A stretch of 64,000 nucleotides of DNA, from the NCBI GenBank assembly GCA_003228195.2, contig QGNO01000001.1, positions 85,550-149,549 on the forward strand, in the 5' to 3' direction. The DNA is from Chloroflexota bacterium. GTDB taxonomy: Bacteria > Chloroflexota > Dehalococcoidia > Lucifugimonadales > QGNO01. Shown here in pieces: positions 18,873-30,846 of the stretch (positions are counted from its first letter, which is position 1; each line of letters opens with the position of its first letter). The notes below the pieces were generated by a model. That model worked only from the letters and a program-made list of their open reading frames with translations. It did not search any database and had not been told where the DNA came from. A program made the position numbers and the translations under genes.

Positions 18873-19763
18873 TCAGGCTCGCCCTGCCATTCGATCTGCG
18901 AAAGTACTATCTATCTCGGTAGGCCATTGCCGTTTTAGGTCGTCTCTTACGTTCACTTTAAGGCTACCAAGTCCACTGATTTCCATTTCTATCACGTCAT
19001 CATCTTGTATTGCCCCGAGACCTTGGTGGTTTGTACCTGTAGCGATAATGTCGCCAGGATCTAGCGTTGTAATCGAAGAGATCCACGCTATGCAGGCAGC
19101 TACATTGTGCGCCATGTCGCTAGTGGAAAGTTCTTGTCTGAGTACGCCGTTAACGGTGAGTTTTATGGGAAGAGCTTGGGGGTCTGCAATTTCATTTTTA
19201 GTTACGATGTAGGGTCCGATTGGAGCAAAGGTATCCCAACTTTTATTCCAAAAGAAGTTGCCCCCACTTAACCCGCGTGCAGATACATCAATAAAGTTCA
19301 TGTAGCCAAAAACGTGATCGAATGCACTTTCGACCGCAATATTGGTTCCTTCTTTTCCGATAACTACTCCCAATTCGGCTTCGTGATGGAATACATTAGC
19401 CTCGGACTTGGGCAGAATTATAGTGTCTCCAGGTCCGATTATGGCATTCCGCGATTTTAGAAAGGCATGTATGGGAGGCTTTTCTTTGAGCGCACCGTTC
19501 TCCATGTAATTCACGGCCATTGCTACAATTTTCCCTGGTCTTGGTACCGGTGGCCCCAACTTTACGGAGCTCACCGGAACTCTTGAACCAGATAGAGCTA
19601 TCTCGTCTAATTTAGTGCGAAGCGAATCAAAGTTTTCCATTATGCCGTTCAACAAACCTTGAGCAGTGACGGCATTGATTCCCAGATTGGCTTCAGTAAC
19701 ATCTACGATTGCCGAATCGATGACAATTCCTATTCTTGAATCGTTAAAAGTGGCAAATTTCAT
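18873..19763 (-). CDS. Fumarylacetoacetate hydrolase (FAH) family protein, paralog 1
   Basis: GKIVAMAVNY, HHEAELGVVIGK, TLDPGDIIATGT. Confidence 0.88.
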   Translation of the reverse strand: MKFATFNDSRIGIVIDSAIVDVTEANLGINAVTAQGLLNGIMENFDSLRTKLDEIALSGSRVPVSSVKLGPPVPRPGKIVAMAVNYMENGALKEKPPIHAFLKSRNAIIGPGDTIILPKSEANVFHHEAELGVVIGKEGTNIAVESAFDHVFGYMNFIDVSARGLSGGNFFWNKSWDTFAPIGPYIVTKNEIADPQALPIKLTVNGVLRQELSTSDMAHNVAACIAWISSITTLDPGDIIATGTNHQGLGAIQDDDVIEMEISGLGSLKVNVRDDLKRQWPTEIDSTFADRMAGRA

Positions 19764-19766
19764 GAT

Positions 19767-20666
19767 CTAGCTCCCTGCAGCTTCTCTTGCCGCTTTGTCG
19801 GCGCGGGTTTCTCGAGGCCATTCTCTTTTTAGATGGTCGATTACTTTGAAGTGAATTCTACCTAGCCCTTCGACTTCCATCTCGACATTATCGCTATCCT
19901 GCAGTGGACCAAGATCTAGGTGATTTGTACCAGTAGCTATAACGTCGCCAGGGTCTAGCGTTGTTATGCTGGATATCCACTCTATACACTCTGGTATCTT
20001 GTGTGCCATTGAGCTTGTGGAGAAGGTCTGATTAAGTTTGTTGTTTACCCAGAGCTTCACATTAATATTCTGCGGATCCGAAATCTCATCTTTGGTAACT
20101 AGGTATGGACCCATAGGAGCAAAATTACTCCAAGATTTGATAGGGAAGTAGCTGTCATATGGGGGGTTACCCAAGTCCCTTGCCGAGATATCAACCACGT
20201 TTAGGTAGCCGAAGACGTATTCGTAAGCCGTACTTCGTCCTACGTTACTGGCGGTCTTTCCTATTACGACTCCTAGTTCAGCTTCATGTTCAAATATGGA
20301 AGCTTTCGCAGAAGGGAGGTTCACGGTATCATCGTCTCCGGCGACAGAATTAGGTGATTTCAAGAAGCCGTTAATTGGTGGCATTTTGGAATCTGGACCG
20401 CCCTCTAGGTAGTTTATCGCCATGCAAACAATTTTTCCGGGTTTAGGCAATGGAGATTGAAACTTAACCTGGGTTATTGATATAGGATCGCCGTTTGCAG
20501 CACTGGATTTTATGGGATCTTCATATAGTTGAAAATTTTCAATGATGTGATTTATTAGATCATTGGGTTTGAGGCTAGATTTATTTGCGACGACTTCAGA
20601 CACGTCTACTATTTTGTTGCCCTGGACAACTCCTAGCCTGAAGTCGTCGTAAAAAGCCAGTTTCAT
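19767..20666 (-). CDS. Fumarylacetoacetate hydrolase (FAH) family protein, paralog 2
   Basis: GKIVCMAINY, EHEAELGVVIGK, TLDPGDVIATGT. It is collinear with the neighbouring paralog along its whole length. Confidence 0.88.
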   Translation of the reverse strand: MKLAFYDDFRLGVVQGNKIVDVSEVVANKSSLKPNDLINHIIENFQLYEDPIKSSAANGDPISITQVKFQSPLPKPGKIVCMAINYLEGGPDSKMPPINGFLKSPNSVAGDDDTVNLPSAKASIFEHEAELGVVIGKTASNVGRSTAYEYVFGYLNVVDISARDLGNPPYDSYFPIKSWSNFAPMGPYLVTKDEISDPQNINVKLWVNNKLNQTFSTSSMAHKIPECIEWISSITTLDPGDVIATGTNHLDLGPLQDSDNVEMEVEGLGRIHFKVIDHLKREWPRETRADKAAREAAGS

Positions 20667-20704
20667 TTTCCCTCCGTACTACCTAGTTGATGCTAAAATT
20701 CTAT

Positions 20705-22018
<1,314 letters not shown>

Positions 22019-22031
22019 CTAACCAAAAGAT

Positions 22032-22054
22032 AGCCCCGAACTTGTAGTGGGGCT
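22032..22054 (-). terminator. Weak hairpin plus T-tract between thiolase and purA (minus strand)
   Basis: The minus strand reads AGCCCC-actacaagttc-GGGGCT-ATCTTTTGG: a 6-bp stem, an 11-nt loop and a T4 tract. The large loop makes this a weak call. Confidence 0.25.
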
Positions 22055-22126
22055 GTGTGATTATAACAGCGAGTTACGTTAGTTGGAAGATAGTCCGGCA
22101 TAATTTTGAAATGTGGTAGGCTTTCT

Positions 22127-23311
22127 TCATCTTAACCTACGAAATACGGTGGCACATCCTTGGCCGCCTCCAACACACATCGTAACGATTCCATGTTCTC
22201 CGTTTCTAGTTGAAAGCAAATCCATTAACTTTACTGTCATTATTGCTCCCGTTGCCCCGATCGGATGTCCCAAAGATATTCCACTCCCGTTAACGTTGGT
22301 TTTGGATAAGTCCAATTCGAGTTCATTGATACAGTGAATGGTTTGAGCAGCGAATGCCTCGTTGATTTCGAAAAGGTCAATGTCTTTGATAGATAAACCT
22401 CCACGCTCCAGAGCTTTGTGCACTGCTGGAATTGGTCCGGTTCCCATATAAGCTGGATCTACTCCTACCACTGCACTAGACACACATTCAAGTTGTGGAA
22501 CTACCCCCAATTGGCGGGCTTTTTGTTCAGACATAACAATTACGGCTGCAGCCCCATCGTTAATTGATGAAGCATTGCCTGCTGTCACCGTTCCATTTTC
22601 TTTGAATATTGGTTGTAATTCAGCGAGTTGTTGTATGGTGGTGTCAGCTCTAGGACCTTCATCTCGTTCCACTAGGAAAGCTTCACCATTTTCATCTTCT
22701 AGCTTGACAGGCGAAATCTGATTCGCAAATAGGCCTTGTTCCAGTGCTAGAGAAGCACGCTGGTGGCTAAGCAGGGCCAATTTATCCTGATCCGATCTAC
22801 TCACGTTGTATCTAGTTGCTATGTTTTCAGCCGTAATTCCCATGTGGTAGTAATTTACCGGACAACTCAGCCCTTCAACTAAGGAGTCATCCATTTGTTG
22901 CTTACCCATTCTTAACCCACTCCACCTAATGTTCCGGACAACATATGGAGCGAGGCTCATATTTTCAATGCCACCAGCCACTATCACTTCTGATCTTCCG
23001 GCCCGTATGGCATCAGAGGCGATGTTTATTGCATCCAATCCAGAGGCACATTGTCTATTTATAGCTATTACCGGAACCTCTTGTGGTATACCGGCTTTTA
23101 AAGAAGCGAGGCGTGGGGCATAGCCCGCTTCAGCCGCCTGAAGAACGTTCCCTATAATAACCTCGTCGACGATTTTAGGGGAAACTCTTGAACGTTCCAA
23201 TGCAGCTTTGATTGCGACTGCACCCAAATCAGAAGCGCTGAAAGATTTGAATGCCCCTCCGAATCTACCGATGGGCGTCCGTGCTCCGGATATGATAACG
23301 GGCCGTTGCAT
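22127..23311 (-). CDS. Acetyl-CoA C-acetyltransferase (thiolase II)
   Basis: Active-site NRQCASGL, GHPIGATG, CVGGGQG. 394 aa. Confidence 0.93.
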   Translation of the reverse strand: MQRPVIISGARTPIGRFGGAFKSFSASDLGAVAIKAALERSRVSPKIVDEVIIGNVLQAAEAGYAPRLASLKAGIPQEVPVIAINRQCASGLDAINIASDAIRAGRSEVIVAGGIENMSLAPYVVRNIRWSGLRMGKQQMDDSLVEGLSCPVNYYHMGITAENIATRYNVSRSDQDKLALLSHQRASLALEQGLFANQISPVKLEDENGEAFLVERDEGPRADTTIQQLAELQPIFKENGTVTAGNASSINDGAAAVIVMSEQKARQLGVVPQLECVSSAVVGVDPAYMGTGPIPAVHKALERGGLSIKDIDLFEINEAFAAQTIHCINELELDLSKTNVNGSGISLGHPIGATGAIMTVKLMDLLSTRNGEHGIVTMCVGGGQGCATVFRRLR

Positions 23312-23417
23312 TTCGAACTCCTATGTTGGCATTAATGGGCTAATTGATTGCATTGTCCTTGCTTCAATTATAGGTGTCAAACTGGTCGGCAGTGTTCTTT
23401 AGCGGCTGTTCTGGCTA

Positions 23418-23426
23418 TGTTATAAT
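23418..23426 (+). promoter_or_regulatory. Extended -10 element (TGtTATAAT), possible prs promoter
   Basis: tgttataat at 23418-23426. The -35 region is poor (TTTAGC). It would give a leader of about 160 nt before prs. Confidence 0.3.
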
Positions 23427-23592
23427 CCTGAAGATAAGAGTGAGTTTCGAAAATTAGAGAAAGACACTACACGCGCTATAGCCGATATTGACGTTTTGAA
23501 TTGATTAATAGGGTCAATAGCGTGAATCTGTTTAAATGGAATCTAAAGCAGTGCTGAGTGGAGAACTCTACTAATATTTGTGAGTCGAAATT

Positions 23593-24540
23593 ATGGCAAA
23601 CTTTGAAGAGCTCAGAGTATTTTCCGGCAATGCGCACCAGACGTTAGCGCGATCCATATGCGAATATTTGGGCATATCTGTTGGAGAGGCAGACGTGTTC
23701 AAGTTTGCCAACGATAACACTTTTGTGCAGTTCAAGGAAAACGTTCGGCAGCGAGACATTTTTTTGGTCCAGCCGTTCTCTTATCCTGTAAACGAGAACA
23801 TTATGGAACTGCTGATTATGATAGATGCTGCTAAGAGGGCTTCTGCTGGTAGGATTACGGCTGTCATACCCTATTTTGCCTATGGAAGAACCGACAAAAA
23901 GGATCAGCCTAGGGTACCAATTACTGCAAGGCTGATAGCCGACCTAATTTCTACCGCGGGTGCTGATAGAGTACTTACGATAGATTTACATGCAGGTCAG
24001 ATACAAGGATTCTTTGATGTCCCAGTAGATGAACTTACCGCACTTCCCATATTGGCACGGTATATTAAGGATAAAGCGCTTGTTGACCCGGTGGTGGTGG
24101 GGGTTGATTTGGGTGCGATAAAGAGGGCAAGAGACCTTGCTCAGCGCTTAGGTGTTCCATTGGCGATCATAGAGAAAAGAAGAGTAGGGAATGAAGATCG
24201 GACAGAAACATTAAACGTAATCGGAGATGTTGAGGGCAAAATCGCAATAGCTTTGGATGATGAAATAGATACGGGTGGGTCTTTGTTATCCACAATTGAA
24301 ACTCTTGAACGACAAGGTGTAACAGAAGTTTATGCTTGCTGCACGCACGGAGTTTTGTCTGGAAGTGCGAAGGAAAAATTGGCTCATAGCACTCTGAAAG
24401 AACTTATAATTACAGATACTTTACCCTTAAATAATGGCGCCAAATCAGCAAGAATAACGGTATTGTCAGTGGCTCCACTTTTAGGGGAGGCTATACACCG
24501 TATTCACGGAGGGATGTCCGTCGGATCAATGTTCCAATAG
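23593..24540 (+). CDS. prs: Ribose-phosphate pyrophosphokinase
   Basis: LRVFSGNAHQTLA, YFAYGRTDKKD, DLHAGQIQGFF, and the PRPP-binding loop ALDDEIDTGGS. Confidence 0.96.
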   Translation: MANFEELRVFSGNAHQTLARSICEYLGISVGEADVFKFANDNTFVQFKENVRQRDIFLVQPFSYPVNENIMELLIMIDAAKRASAGRITAVIPYFAYGRTDKKDQPRVPITARLIADLISTAGADRVLTIDLHAGQIQGFFDVPVDELTALPILARYIKDKALVDPVVVGVDLGAIKRARDLAQRLGVPLAIIEKRRVGNEDRTETLNVIGDVEGKIAIALDDEIDTGGSLLSTIETLERQGVTEVYACCTHGVLSGSAKEKLAHSTLKELIITDTLPLNNGAKSARITVLSVAPLLGEAIHRIHGGMSVGSMFQ

Positions 24541-24595
24541 GCCTATACATGGCTGAGTTACTGGAATATCTGAAATCTGTCGACGCATAGGTATT

Positions 24596-27259
24596 TTGAG
24601 TATTATAAGTGGTCTACTTAATAGAATAACTGGCTCAAGTGATGATCAGATCAAGCGACTTAAGCAGGTTGTGGATCAAATAAACATACTGGAGCCATCA
24701 TTCGGGAACCTTCCAGACGCTGATCTTAAGAAAACGTCCATCAGGCTTTCAGATGCGCTTTCAAATGGTAAGACACTTGACGATATCTTGCCGGAGGCTT
24801 TCGCTGCCGTTAGAGAAGCATCGAAAAGAACTATTGGCATGAGGCATTACGATGTGCAACTTATGGGCGGTATAGTACTGCATCAGGGTAAGATCGCCGA
24901 AATGAAAACAGGAGAAGGGAAGACTCTTGTGGCTACGTTGCCTCTTTACCTCAATGCGATACAAGGAAATGGGGCACATCTGATTACTGTCAACGACTAC
25001 TTGGCCAGGCGTGATGCTCAGTGGATGGGGCCGATATATCATTCTCTGGGCCTAACTTTGGCAACTCTGCAACACAATGCGTCATTTCTTTATGATCCTG
25101 AATTTGATGGAGGCGATACCAACTTTAAGTATCTCCGTCCAGCCACTAGGCAAGAGGCTTATGCTGCTGACATAACCTATGGGACTAACAATGAATTCGG
25201 CTTCGACTATTTAAGGGACAATATGGCCGTTGCGATTAAGGATGTTGTCCAGAGGAATCTGAATTTTGCCATCGTTGATGAAGTAGACAATATCCTAATT
25301 GATGAAGCTAGAACGCCATTAATTATCAGCGGATCCGCTAGGCAATCTACAAAAATGTATTACACCATGGCCAAGTTGGTGCCTAGATTGATAATCGATG
25401 AAGATTACAATTTTGAGGAAAAGGAACGCACTGTGGTTCTTACAGAGGATGGCATGTCCAATCTGGAACGCCTACTGAATGTTGATAACTTATATGACCC
25501 TCAGAACTATGTTCTGACGCACTATGTTGAAAATGCACTTAGGGCTAATGTGGCATACCAACGGGACAAAGACTATGTGGTGCAACAAGGAGAGGTGATT
25601 ATAGTAGATGAGTTTACTGGCCGGCTAATGCCTGGGCGACGCTATGCTGAGGGCTTACATCAGGCGATTGAAGCAAAAGAGAACATCCAAGTGAGGCAAG
25701 AAAGCCTAAGTTACGCGACTATAACTTTGCAAAATTACTTCCGAATGCACTCTAAGCTTTCAGGCATGACTGGCACAGCCTCCACTGAGGGAGAGGAATT
25801 TTGGAAGATATATAAGCTTGATGTTATTCCAATACCAACCAATAAGGTGATGATTAGAGAGGATCTTCGCGACGCTATTTATAAGAATGAGGACTCCAAG
25901 TTTCAGGCAGTGGCTAACAAAATAGACGAGTTGAACAAAGAAAGAAGGCCTGTTTTGGTTGGCACGACTTCAATAGAAGCTTCCGAACGGTTAAGCAATA
26001 TTCTTAAACGCCGAGGAGTTGTACATCAGATACTTAATGCCAAACAACATGAAAAAGAAGCCTCTATCATTGCTCAGGCAGGTCGCTTGGGTGCTGTTAC
26101 GGTTGCGACTAACATGGCTGGAAGGGGAACAGATATAGTATTGGGAGGATTTCCAGAGGGTAGAGGCTCGCAAGATTGGGAAGAGGAAAACAGGTCGGTG
26201 ATTGACCTTGGTGGTTTATATATTATAGGGACGGAACGGCATGAGGCACGGCGTATTGACAATCAACTTCGAGGACGCGCTGGGAGGCAAGGGGATCCTG
26301 GCAGTACCAAGTTTTACATATCACTTGAAGATGAATTAATGCGTAGATTTGGAGGAGAGCGCGTAAAAAAAATAATGGAGTGGGCTGGTTTAGAGGATGA
26401 CGTTCCGGTTGAATCGAGGATGGTATCTAAAGCGATAGAGAGTTCGCAAGTTAAGGTTGAGGCTTTTAATTTTGATGTAAGGAAGCATCTTGTCGACTAT
26501 GACGATGTTGCTAACGCGCACCGCGACGTTATTTATGCGGATCGGCATAGGGCACTATCGGAAGCTGATCTTAAACATAACATAAAGGACATGATTCACA
26601 ATGAACTTGACGCGATAATTGGGGCACATACCAATGATCGTGATAACGAAAATTGGTCAATTGACACTATGGAAGCCGAACTGGTGGCGATAATGCCACT
26701 CCCTGCTAATATAAACTTAGAAAACATCGAAAATATGCGCCCTTCAGAAATGTTTGATGCATTAAGTGAGCACGCGGATATACTTTACGAAGAGAACGAA
26801 GCGAAGATTGGGTCCGTTAATATGAGAACCTTAGAGCGGATTTTGATGTTGAGGGTGATCGATTCTCACTGGATTGAGCATCTCACCAGTATGCAAAATT
26901 TGCGTCAAGGCATAGGGCTACAAGCATATGGACAGAGGGATCCATTGGTTATGTATAAGAAAGAAGCACATGTTCAATTTGGCGACCTTCTTGGTCGAAT
27001 ACAGCATGATGTCGTGCATACTATATTTCGCGTTGGTGCTACATCAACAAATGAATTTTCAAGGGGGGGTAGTTCCAGTAGAGGCCCTGTAACATCTACC
27101 AAATTCGCTTCAAATTCACTGCTAGATCAAGCGGCCACAAAATCTCCTGTCAACGGAGCTGGTTTATCGCCATCAGGTTTTGGTAAAGTCGGCCGGAATG
27201 ATACGTGCCCATGTGGAAGCGGCAAGAAATTTAAGAAATGCCATGCCGCACTAGTGTAG
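24596..27259 (+). CDS. secA: Preprotein translocase ATPase SecA
   Basis: MKTGEGKTL Walker A, VDEVDNILIDEARTPLIISG, TNMAGRGTDI, and a C-terminal zinc motif CPCGSGKKFKKCH. TTG start. Confidence 0.97.
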   Translation: MSIISGLLNRITGSSDDQIKRLKQVVDQINILEPSFGNLPDADLKKTSIRLSDALSNGKTLDDILPEAFAAVREASKRTIGMRHYDVQLMGGIVLHQGKIAEMKTGEGKTLVATLPLYLNAIQGNGAHLITVNDYLARRDAQWMGPIYHSLGLTLATLQHNASFLYDPEFDGGDTNFKYLRPATRQEAYAADITYGTNNEFGFDYLRDNMAVAIKDVVQRNLNFAIVDEVDNILIDEARTPLIISGSARQSTKMYYTMAKLVPRLIIDEDYNFEEKERTVVLTEDGMSNLERLLNVDNLYDPQNYVLTHYVENALRANVAYQRDKDYVVQQGEVIIVDEFTGRLMPGRRYAEGLHQAIEAKENIQVRQESLSYATITLQNYFRMHSKLSGMTGTASTEGEEFWKIYKLDVIPIPTNKVMIREDLRDAIYKNEDSKFQAVANKIDELNKERRPVLVGTTSIEASERLSNILKRRGVVHQILNAKQHEKEASIIAQAGRLGAVTVATNMAGRGTDIVLGGFPEGRGSQDWEEENRSVIDLGGLYIIGTERHEARRIDNQLRGRAGRQGDPGSTKFYISLEDELMRRFGGERVKKIMEWAGLEDDVPVESRMVSKAIESSQVKVEAFNFDVRKHLVDYDDVANAHRDVIYADRHRALSEADLKHNIKDMIHNELDAIIGAHTNDRDNENWSIDTMEAELVAIMPLPANINLENIENMRPSEMFDALSEHADILYEENEAKIGSVNMRTLERILMLRVIDSHWIEHLTSMQNLRQGIGLQAYGQRDPLVMYKKEAHVQFGDLLGRIQHDVVHTIFRVGATSTNEFSRGGSSSRGPVTSTKFASNSLLDQAATKSPVNGAGLSPSGFGKVGRNDTCPCGSGKKFKKCHAALV

Positions 27260-27344
27260 TGCTCATAAATGGGGAAGTAATTGATTCCTCGCATTATTTC
27301 ATTAAGCAGTCTTAAGCTTGCATCTGTAAAAGATTTTTTGAACA

Positions 27345-28034
27345 ATGACAACTGTTATTAACTATGACAAAAGTAAAGTGGCGGAACTTGCAGCTAGCGA
27401 TGTTGTAAGTGCCTTGAAAGCTGCTATAGATGATGGTGTTCCTTGGCCAAAAGCCCTCCTAGACGCTGTTAGGAAGTGGCCTTTAGCAGAAGAAAAGTTT
27501 AAGGGTGTTCACTATAAGTACCTTTTGCTTGGAGAGGCGTTCGATTGGCTTGTCCTTGCGGCTAGACTCTTGGATGATATGAATGATGTGGTTTCGGAAG
27601 ATGAGAAAGTGTCCTTTTTGTTCGATGGTCATTTCATAGATCAATTTACAAGAGAAGATTTTTATAATCTGATAGGTCCTGAGAAACGAGTATCTCTCTT
27701 AAATTACCGTTATGGAGTCACAGTTGAACAGGCTCTGATTTTGTCAATTGAGGATGCGATTAGGAAGGAGCGGCGTTCGCTTAGTCTTCCTGATTCGGAT
27801 GATTTATCCGACAAGGCGTTTCAGTACATTTATGGCGATACGCAAAGAGGTTTGTTGCGAATCTTTCGGAAGAAAATGGGGCGTACTGATCGCAATTCCA
27901 TAACGGTTACTGAACTTAAAGAGTTTACATATTGGTTATTCAGCCGCAGAGTTCAATCTTCTGAAAGTGCTAGGATTGCTAGCGACACGAAGAAAGGTTT
28001 GGCTAGACTATCTCTTATGCTTGATCGAGCTTGA
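27345..28034 (+). CDS. Hypothetical protein (229 aa), no recognisable motif
   Basis: Clean ORF filling the secA-valS gap. Predicted soluble and helical. I recognised no family. Confidence 0.55.
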   Translation: MTTVINYDKSKVAELAASDVVSALKAAIDDGVPWPKALLDAVRKWPLAEEKFKGVHYKYLLLGEAFDWLVLAARLLDDMNDVVSEDEKVSFLFDGHFIDQFTREDFYNLIGPEKRVSLLNYRYGVTVEQALILSIEDAIRKERRSLSLPDSDDLSDKAFQYIYGDTQRGLLRIFRKKMGRTDRNSITVTELKEFTYWLFSRRVQSSESARIASDTKKGLARLSLMLDRA

Positions 28035-28090
28035 AATGTGACGTCGCTAGGACATTAGCTAAAGAGTTAACTATCTGTGCTGATTTACCG

Positions 28091-30766
28091 TTAGCGCCCC
28101 AGTTGTTTAAGAATGTCTCTTAACCGGTTCTGTCTTTCAAGTGATGTTTTCAAACGTTCACGTTCACGTTCGACTACTTCAATTGGGGCGCGGGATGTAA
28201 AATTATCGTCATTAATTCTCGTATTCAAACTTGCACCTAATTGTTCCGCTGATAGGAGCTCTTCTTCCAGTCGATTTCGTTCGGCATTTAAATCAACGGT
28301 ATCTGGCATATAAATAAACGCAGTAGCATTTCCTACCACTAGTGAAACTGCCTCACTTTTGTCAAATGCCTGATTGGACTCGACGATATCTAGCACGTTA
28401 ATGCGGGCTAATTTCCTTATTAACTCAGATTCTTCACTGATAATTGGTTTTGCAGAATCAGTTGTTATTACTGCCCTCAACCTGTGTTGTGGCGCTACTT
28501 GTAATTCAGCTCGCAGGTTTCGCACCGCATGGACTATTCCTATTATAGTGTCAACTTCTTGTTCGACCTCCGTTTCTATGAAGCCTTTAATATGGGTTGG
28601 ATAGGGAGCTATCGAGATCGATTCGGGTTTGAATTCTTCTTCGGGAAGAACACTTATTAATCTTTGCCAAAGGTCCTCGGTCAGGAAGGGCATAAAAGGG
28701 TGCAAAAGCCTTAGGGTGCGTTCCAAAACATGACCTAGTACCATAGGCGGCTTTTGATCTCCTTGGCCTATTCTTACCTTAGCCATTTCAATATACCAAT
28801 CTGCGAACTCGGCCCAAAGAAAGTTGTACAGTTCTCTTTGAGCCTCACCAAATTGAAAATCATTAATGAGTTGATCTACTTTCTCAGTCAATCTGTGATG
28901 CCTGCTTAGTATCCATCTGTCTTCACGGTGTGTTAACCCTTGCAAGGTGGCCCATCCAGATAGTGTATTCGCCTGTTTCAGCGAGCCCACCACGAAGCGG
29001 CTCACATTCCAAAGTTTGTTGGCGAAATTACGTGCTCCATCTAGTTTGTCATCACTCAGGCGACTATCGTTCCCTGGTGTAGTGCCTGTTGTGAGAGCAA
29101 AACGCAAAGCATCTGCCCCGTATGTTTCAATTAACTGGAGAGGGTCTAGCACATTGCCTCGGCTTTTGCTCATTTTAGATCCATGAGCGTCCAATACCAA
29201 GCCGTGGAGATATACGGTTTTAAATGGGATGTTGCCAGTATTCTCTAGCCCCAGCATTATCATTCTTGCAACCCAAAAGAATAAAATGTCGTGACCGGTT
29301 TCCATGACTGTTGATGGATAAAAGTAACTCAGGTCTTCTGTTTTGTTGGGCCATCCCAAAGTGGAATGAGGCCATAGACCCGAACTAAACCAAGTATCCA
29401 GAACGTCAGGATCTTGCTTAATGGAGGCTGATCCACATTTGCTGCAGTGAATCGGAGTTTCTACTTCCACAGTAATTTCTTCACATGTTTCGCAGTACCA
29501 AACTGGTATTCGATGGCCCCACCAGATTTGTCGACTAATACACCAGTCTCTTATGTTTTCCATCCAATTGAGGTAAACACGTGTGAAACGTTGTGGGACT
29601 ATATTTATACTGCCGTCATTTATCGCTTTTATTGCTGGCTTAGCAAGCGGCTTCATTTTTATAAACCACTGCTTACTCACTATTGGTTCCACGACCGAGT
29701 CACAGCGGTCACAATGTCCTATGGACATCTTGTGGACCTCAGTTTTGTCTAATAGCCCTTCCTGGTTTAGTCTTTCCATCACAGCCTTGCGCGCTTCTTG
29801 CATGTCTAGGCCAGCGTAGGGTCCGGCTTCCTCATTCAGGGTACCATTTTGGTTTAGTATATTTATTATCGATAGGTTATGCCTTTGACCTATTTCGAAG
29901 TCTACAGGATCGTGTCCTGGAGTGACTTTAAGGGCTCCCGTTCCAAACCCTATCTCCACCGCTTCATCAGCAATGATAGGGACTACTCTTTGGGTTATAG
30001 GCAGTACTACTTTCTCCCCCACAAGAGTTGCGTATTTTGGATTATCTGGATGCACAGCCACCGCGGTATCCCCTAGCATAGTTTCGGGACGGGTTGTAGC
30101 TACGGTGATGTGTTGGTTGCTTCCTTGTATCGGATAACGAATGTGGACTAGGTTGCCATTCTCATCTTGGTGTTTTACCTCTAAGTCTGACAGAGCAGTC
30201 TCACAACGTGGACACCAGTTAATTATGCGCTCGCCTTGGTAAATTAATCCTTTATGGTACAAATTTACAAAAGTATGTAGGACAGCGTTGCTAGGCTCTG
30301 GATCTAGGGTAAATCTTTTCCGGGTCCAGTCACAAGAGGCTCCGAGGCGTTGATGTTGCCGGTCAATTGTGTTGCCATATTCGCTTACCCAGTCCCAGAC
30401 TTTTTCTGTAAACCTTTCTCTGCCAAGTTCGTGACGAGTTTTGCTTTCATTTCTTAAAAGTGTCCGTTCTACGACCACTTGAGTTGCAATGCCAGCGTGA
30501 TCGGTTCCGGGTAGCCATAGTGTGGGATCGCCTTTCATTCGGTGCCAGCGAGCCATTGCATCTTGGATTGAAGCCGTTAATGCATGCCCCAAGTGTAGTT
30601 GCCCAGTGACGTTGGGTGGGGGCATGATAATCACAAACGGATTCTTTGCCCAATCTATAGTCGGAGTAAAGTAGCCCTTATGCTGCCAAAATTGGTAGAG
30701 CTTCTCCTCAACGTGGTGGTCATACGCTTTTGGGAATTCTGTATCGCTATTGTAGGTAGTCATCAT
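28091..30766 (-). CDS. valS: Valine--tRNA ligase
   Basis: PPPNVTGQLHLGH (HIGH), KMSKSRGN (KMSKS), and a C-terminal coiled-coil. 891 aa. Confidence 0.97.
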   Translation of the reverse strand: MMTTYNSDTEFPKAYDHHVEEKLYQFWQHKGYFTPTIDWAKNPFVIIMPPPNVTGQLHLGHALTASIQDAMARWHRMKGDPTLWLPGTDHAGIATQVVVERTLLRNESKTRHELGRERFTEKVWDWVSEYGNTIDRQHQRLGASCDWTRKRFTLDPEPSNAVLHTFVNLYHKGLIYQGERIINWCPRCETALSDLEVKHQDENGNLVHIRYPIQGSNQHITVATTRPETMLGDTAVAVHPDNPKYATLVGEKVVLPITQRVVPIIADEAVEIGFGTGALKVTPGHDPVDFEIGQRHNLSIINILNQNGTLNEEAGPYAGLDMQEARKAVMERLNQEGLLDKTEVHKMSIGHCDRCDSVVEPIVSKQWFIKMKPLAKPAIKAINDGSINIVPQRFTRVYLNWMENIRDWCISRQIWWGHRIPVWYCETCEEITVEVETPIHCSKCGSASIKQDPDVLDTWFSSGLWPHSTLGWPNKTEDLSYFYPSTVMETGHDILFFWVARMIMLGLENTGNIPFKTVYLHGLVLDAHGSKMSKSRGNVLDPLQLIETYGADALRFALTTGTTPGNDSRLSDDKLDGARNFANKLWNVSRFVVGSLKQANTLSGWATLQGLTHREDRWILSRHHRLTEKVDQLINDFQFGEAQRELYNFLWAEFADWYIEMAKVRIGQGDQKPPMVLGHVLERTLRLLHPFMPFLTEDLWQRLISVLPEEEFKPESISIAPYPTHIKGFIETEVEQEVDTIIGIVHAVRNLRAELQVAPQHRLRAVITTDSAKPIISEESELIRKLARINVLDIVESNQAFDKSEAVSLVVGNATAFIYMPDTVDLNAERNRLEEELLSAEQLGASLNTRINDDNFTSRAPIEVVERERERLKTSLERQNRLRDILKQLGR

Positions 30767-30846
30767 TCAATCCACAGTCGCAATTGTACCATTATTCAAG
30801 TTTGAATCTAATTTGCAACAACGGAAATATTCTGATAATTGCAATA

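Noticed and set aside
27063-27069. A G7 run inside the secA C-terminal linker, as a possible phase-variable frameshift site.
   Set aside because: The frame is intact through to the conserved C-terminal zinc motif (CPCGSGKKFKKCH). Phase variation of an essential gene is implausible.
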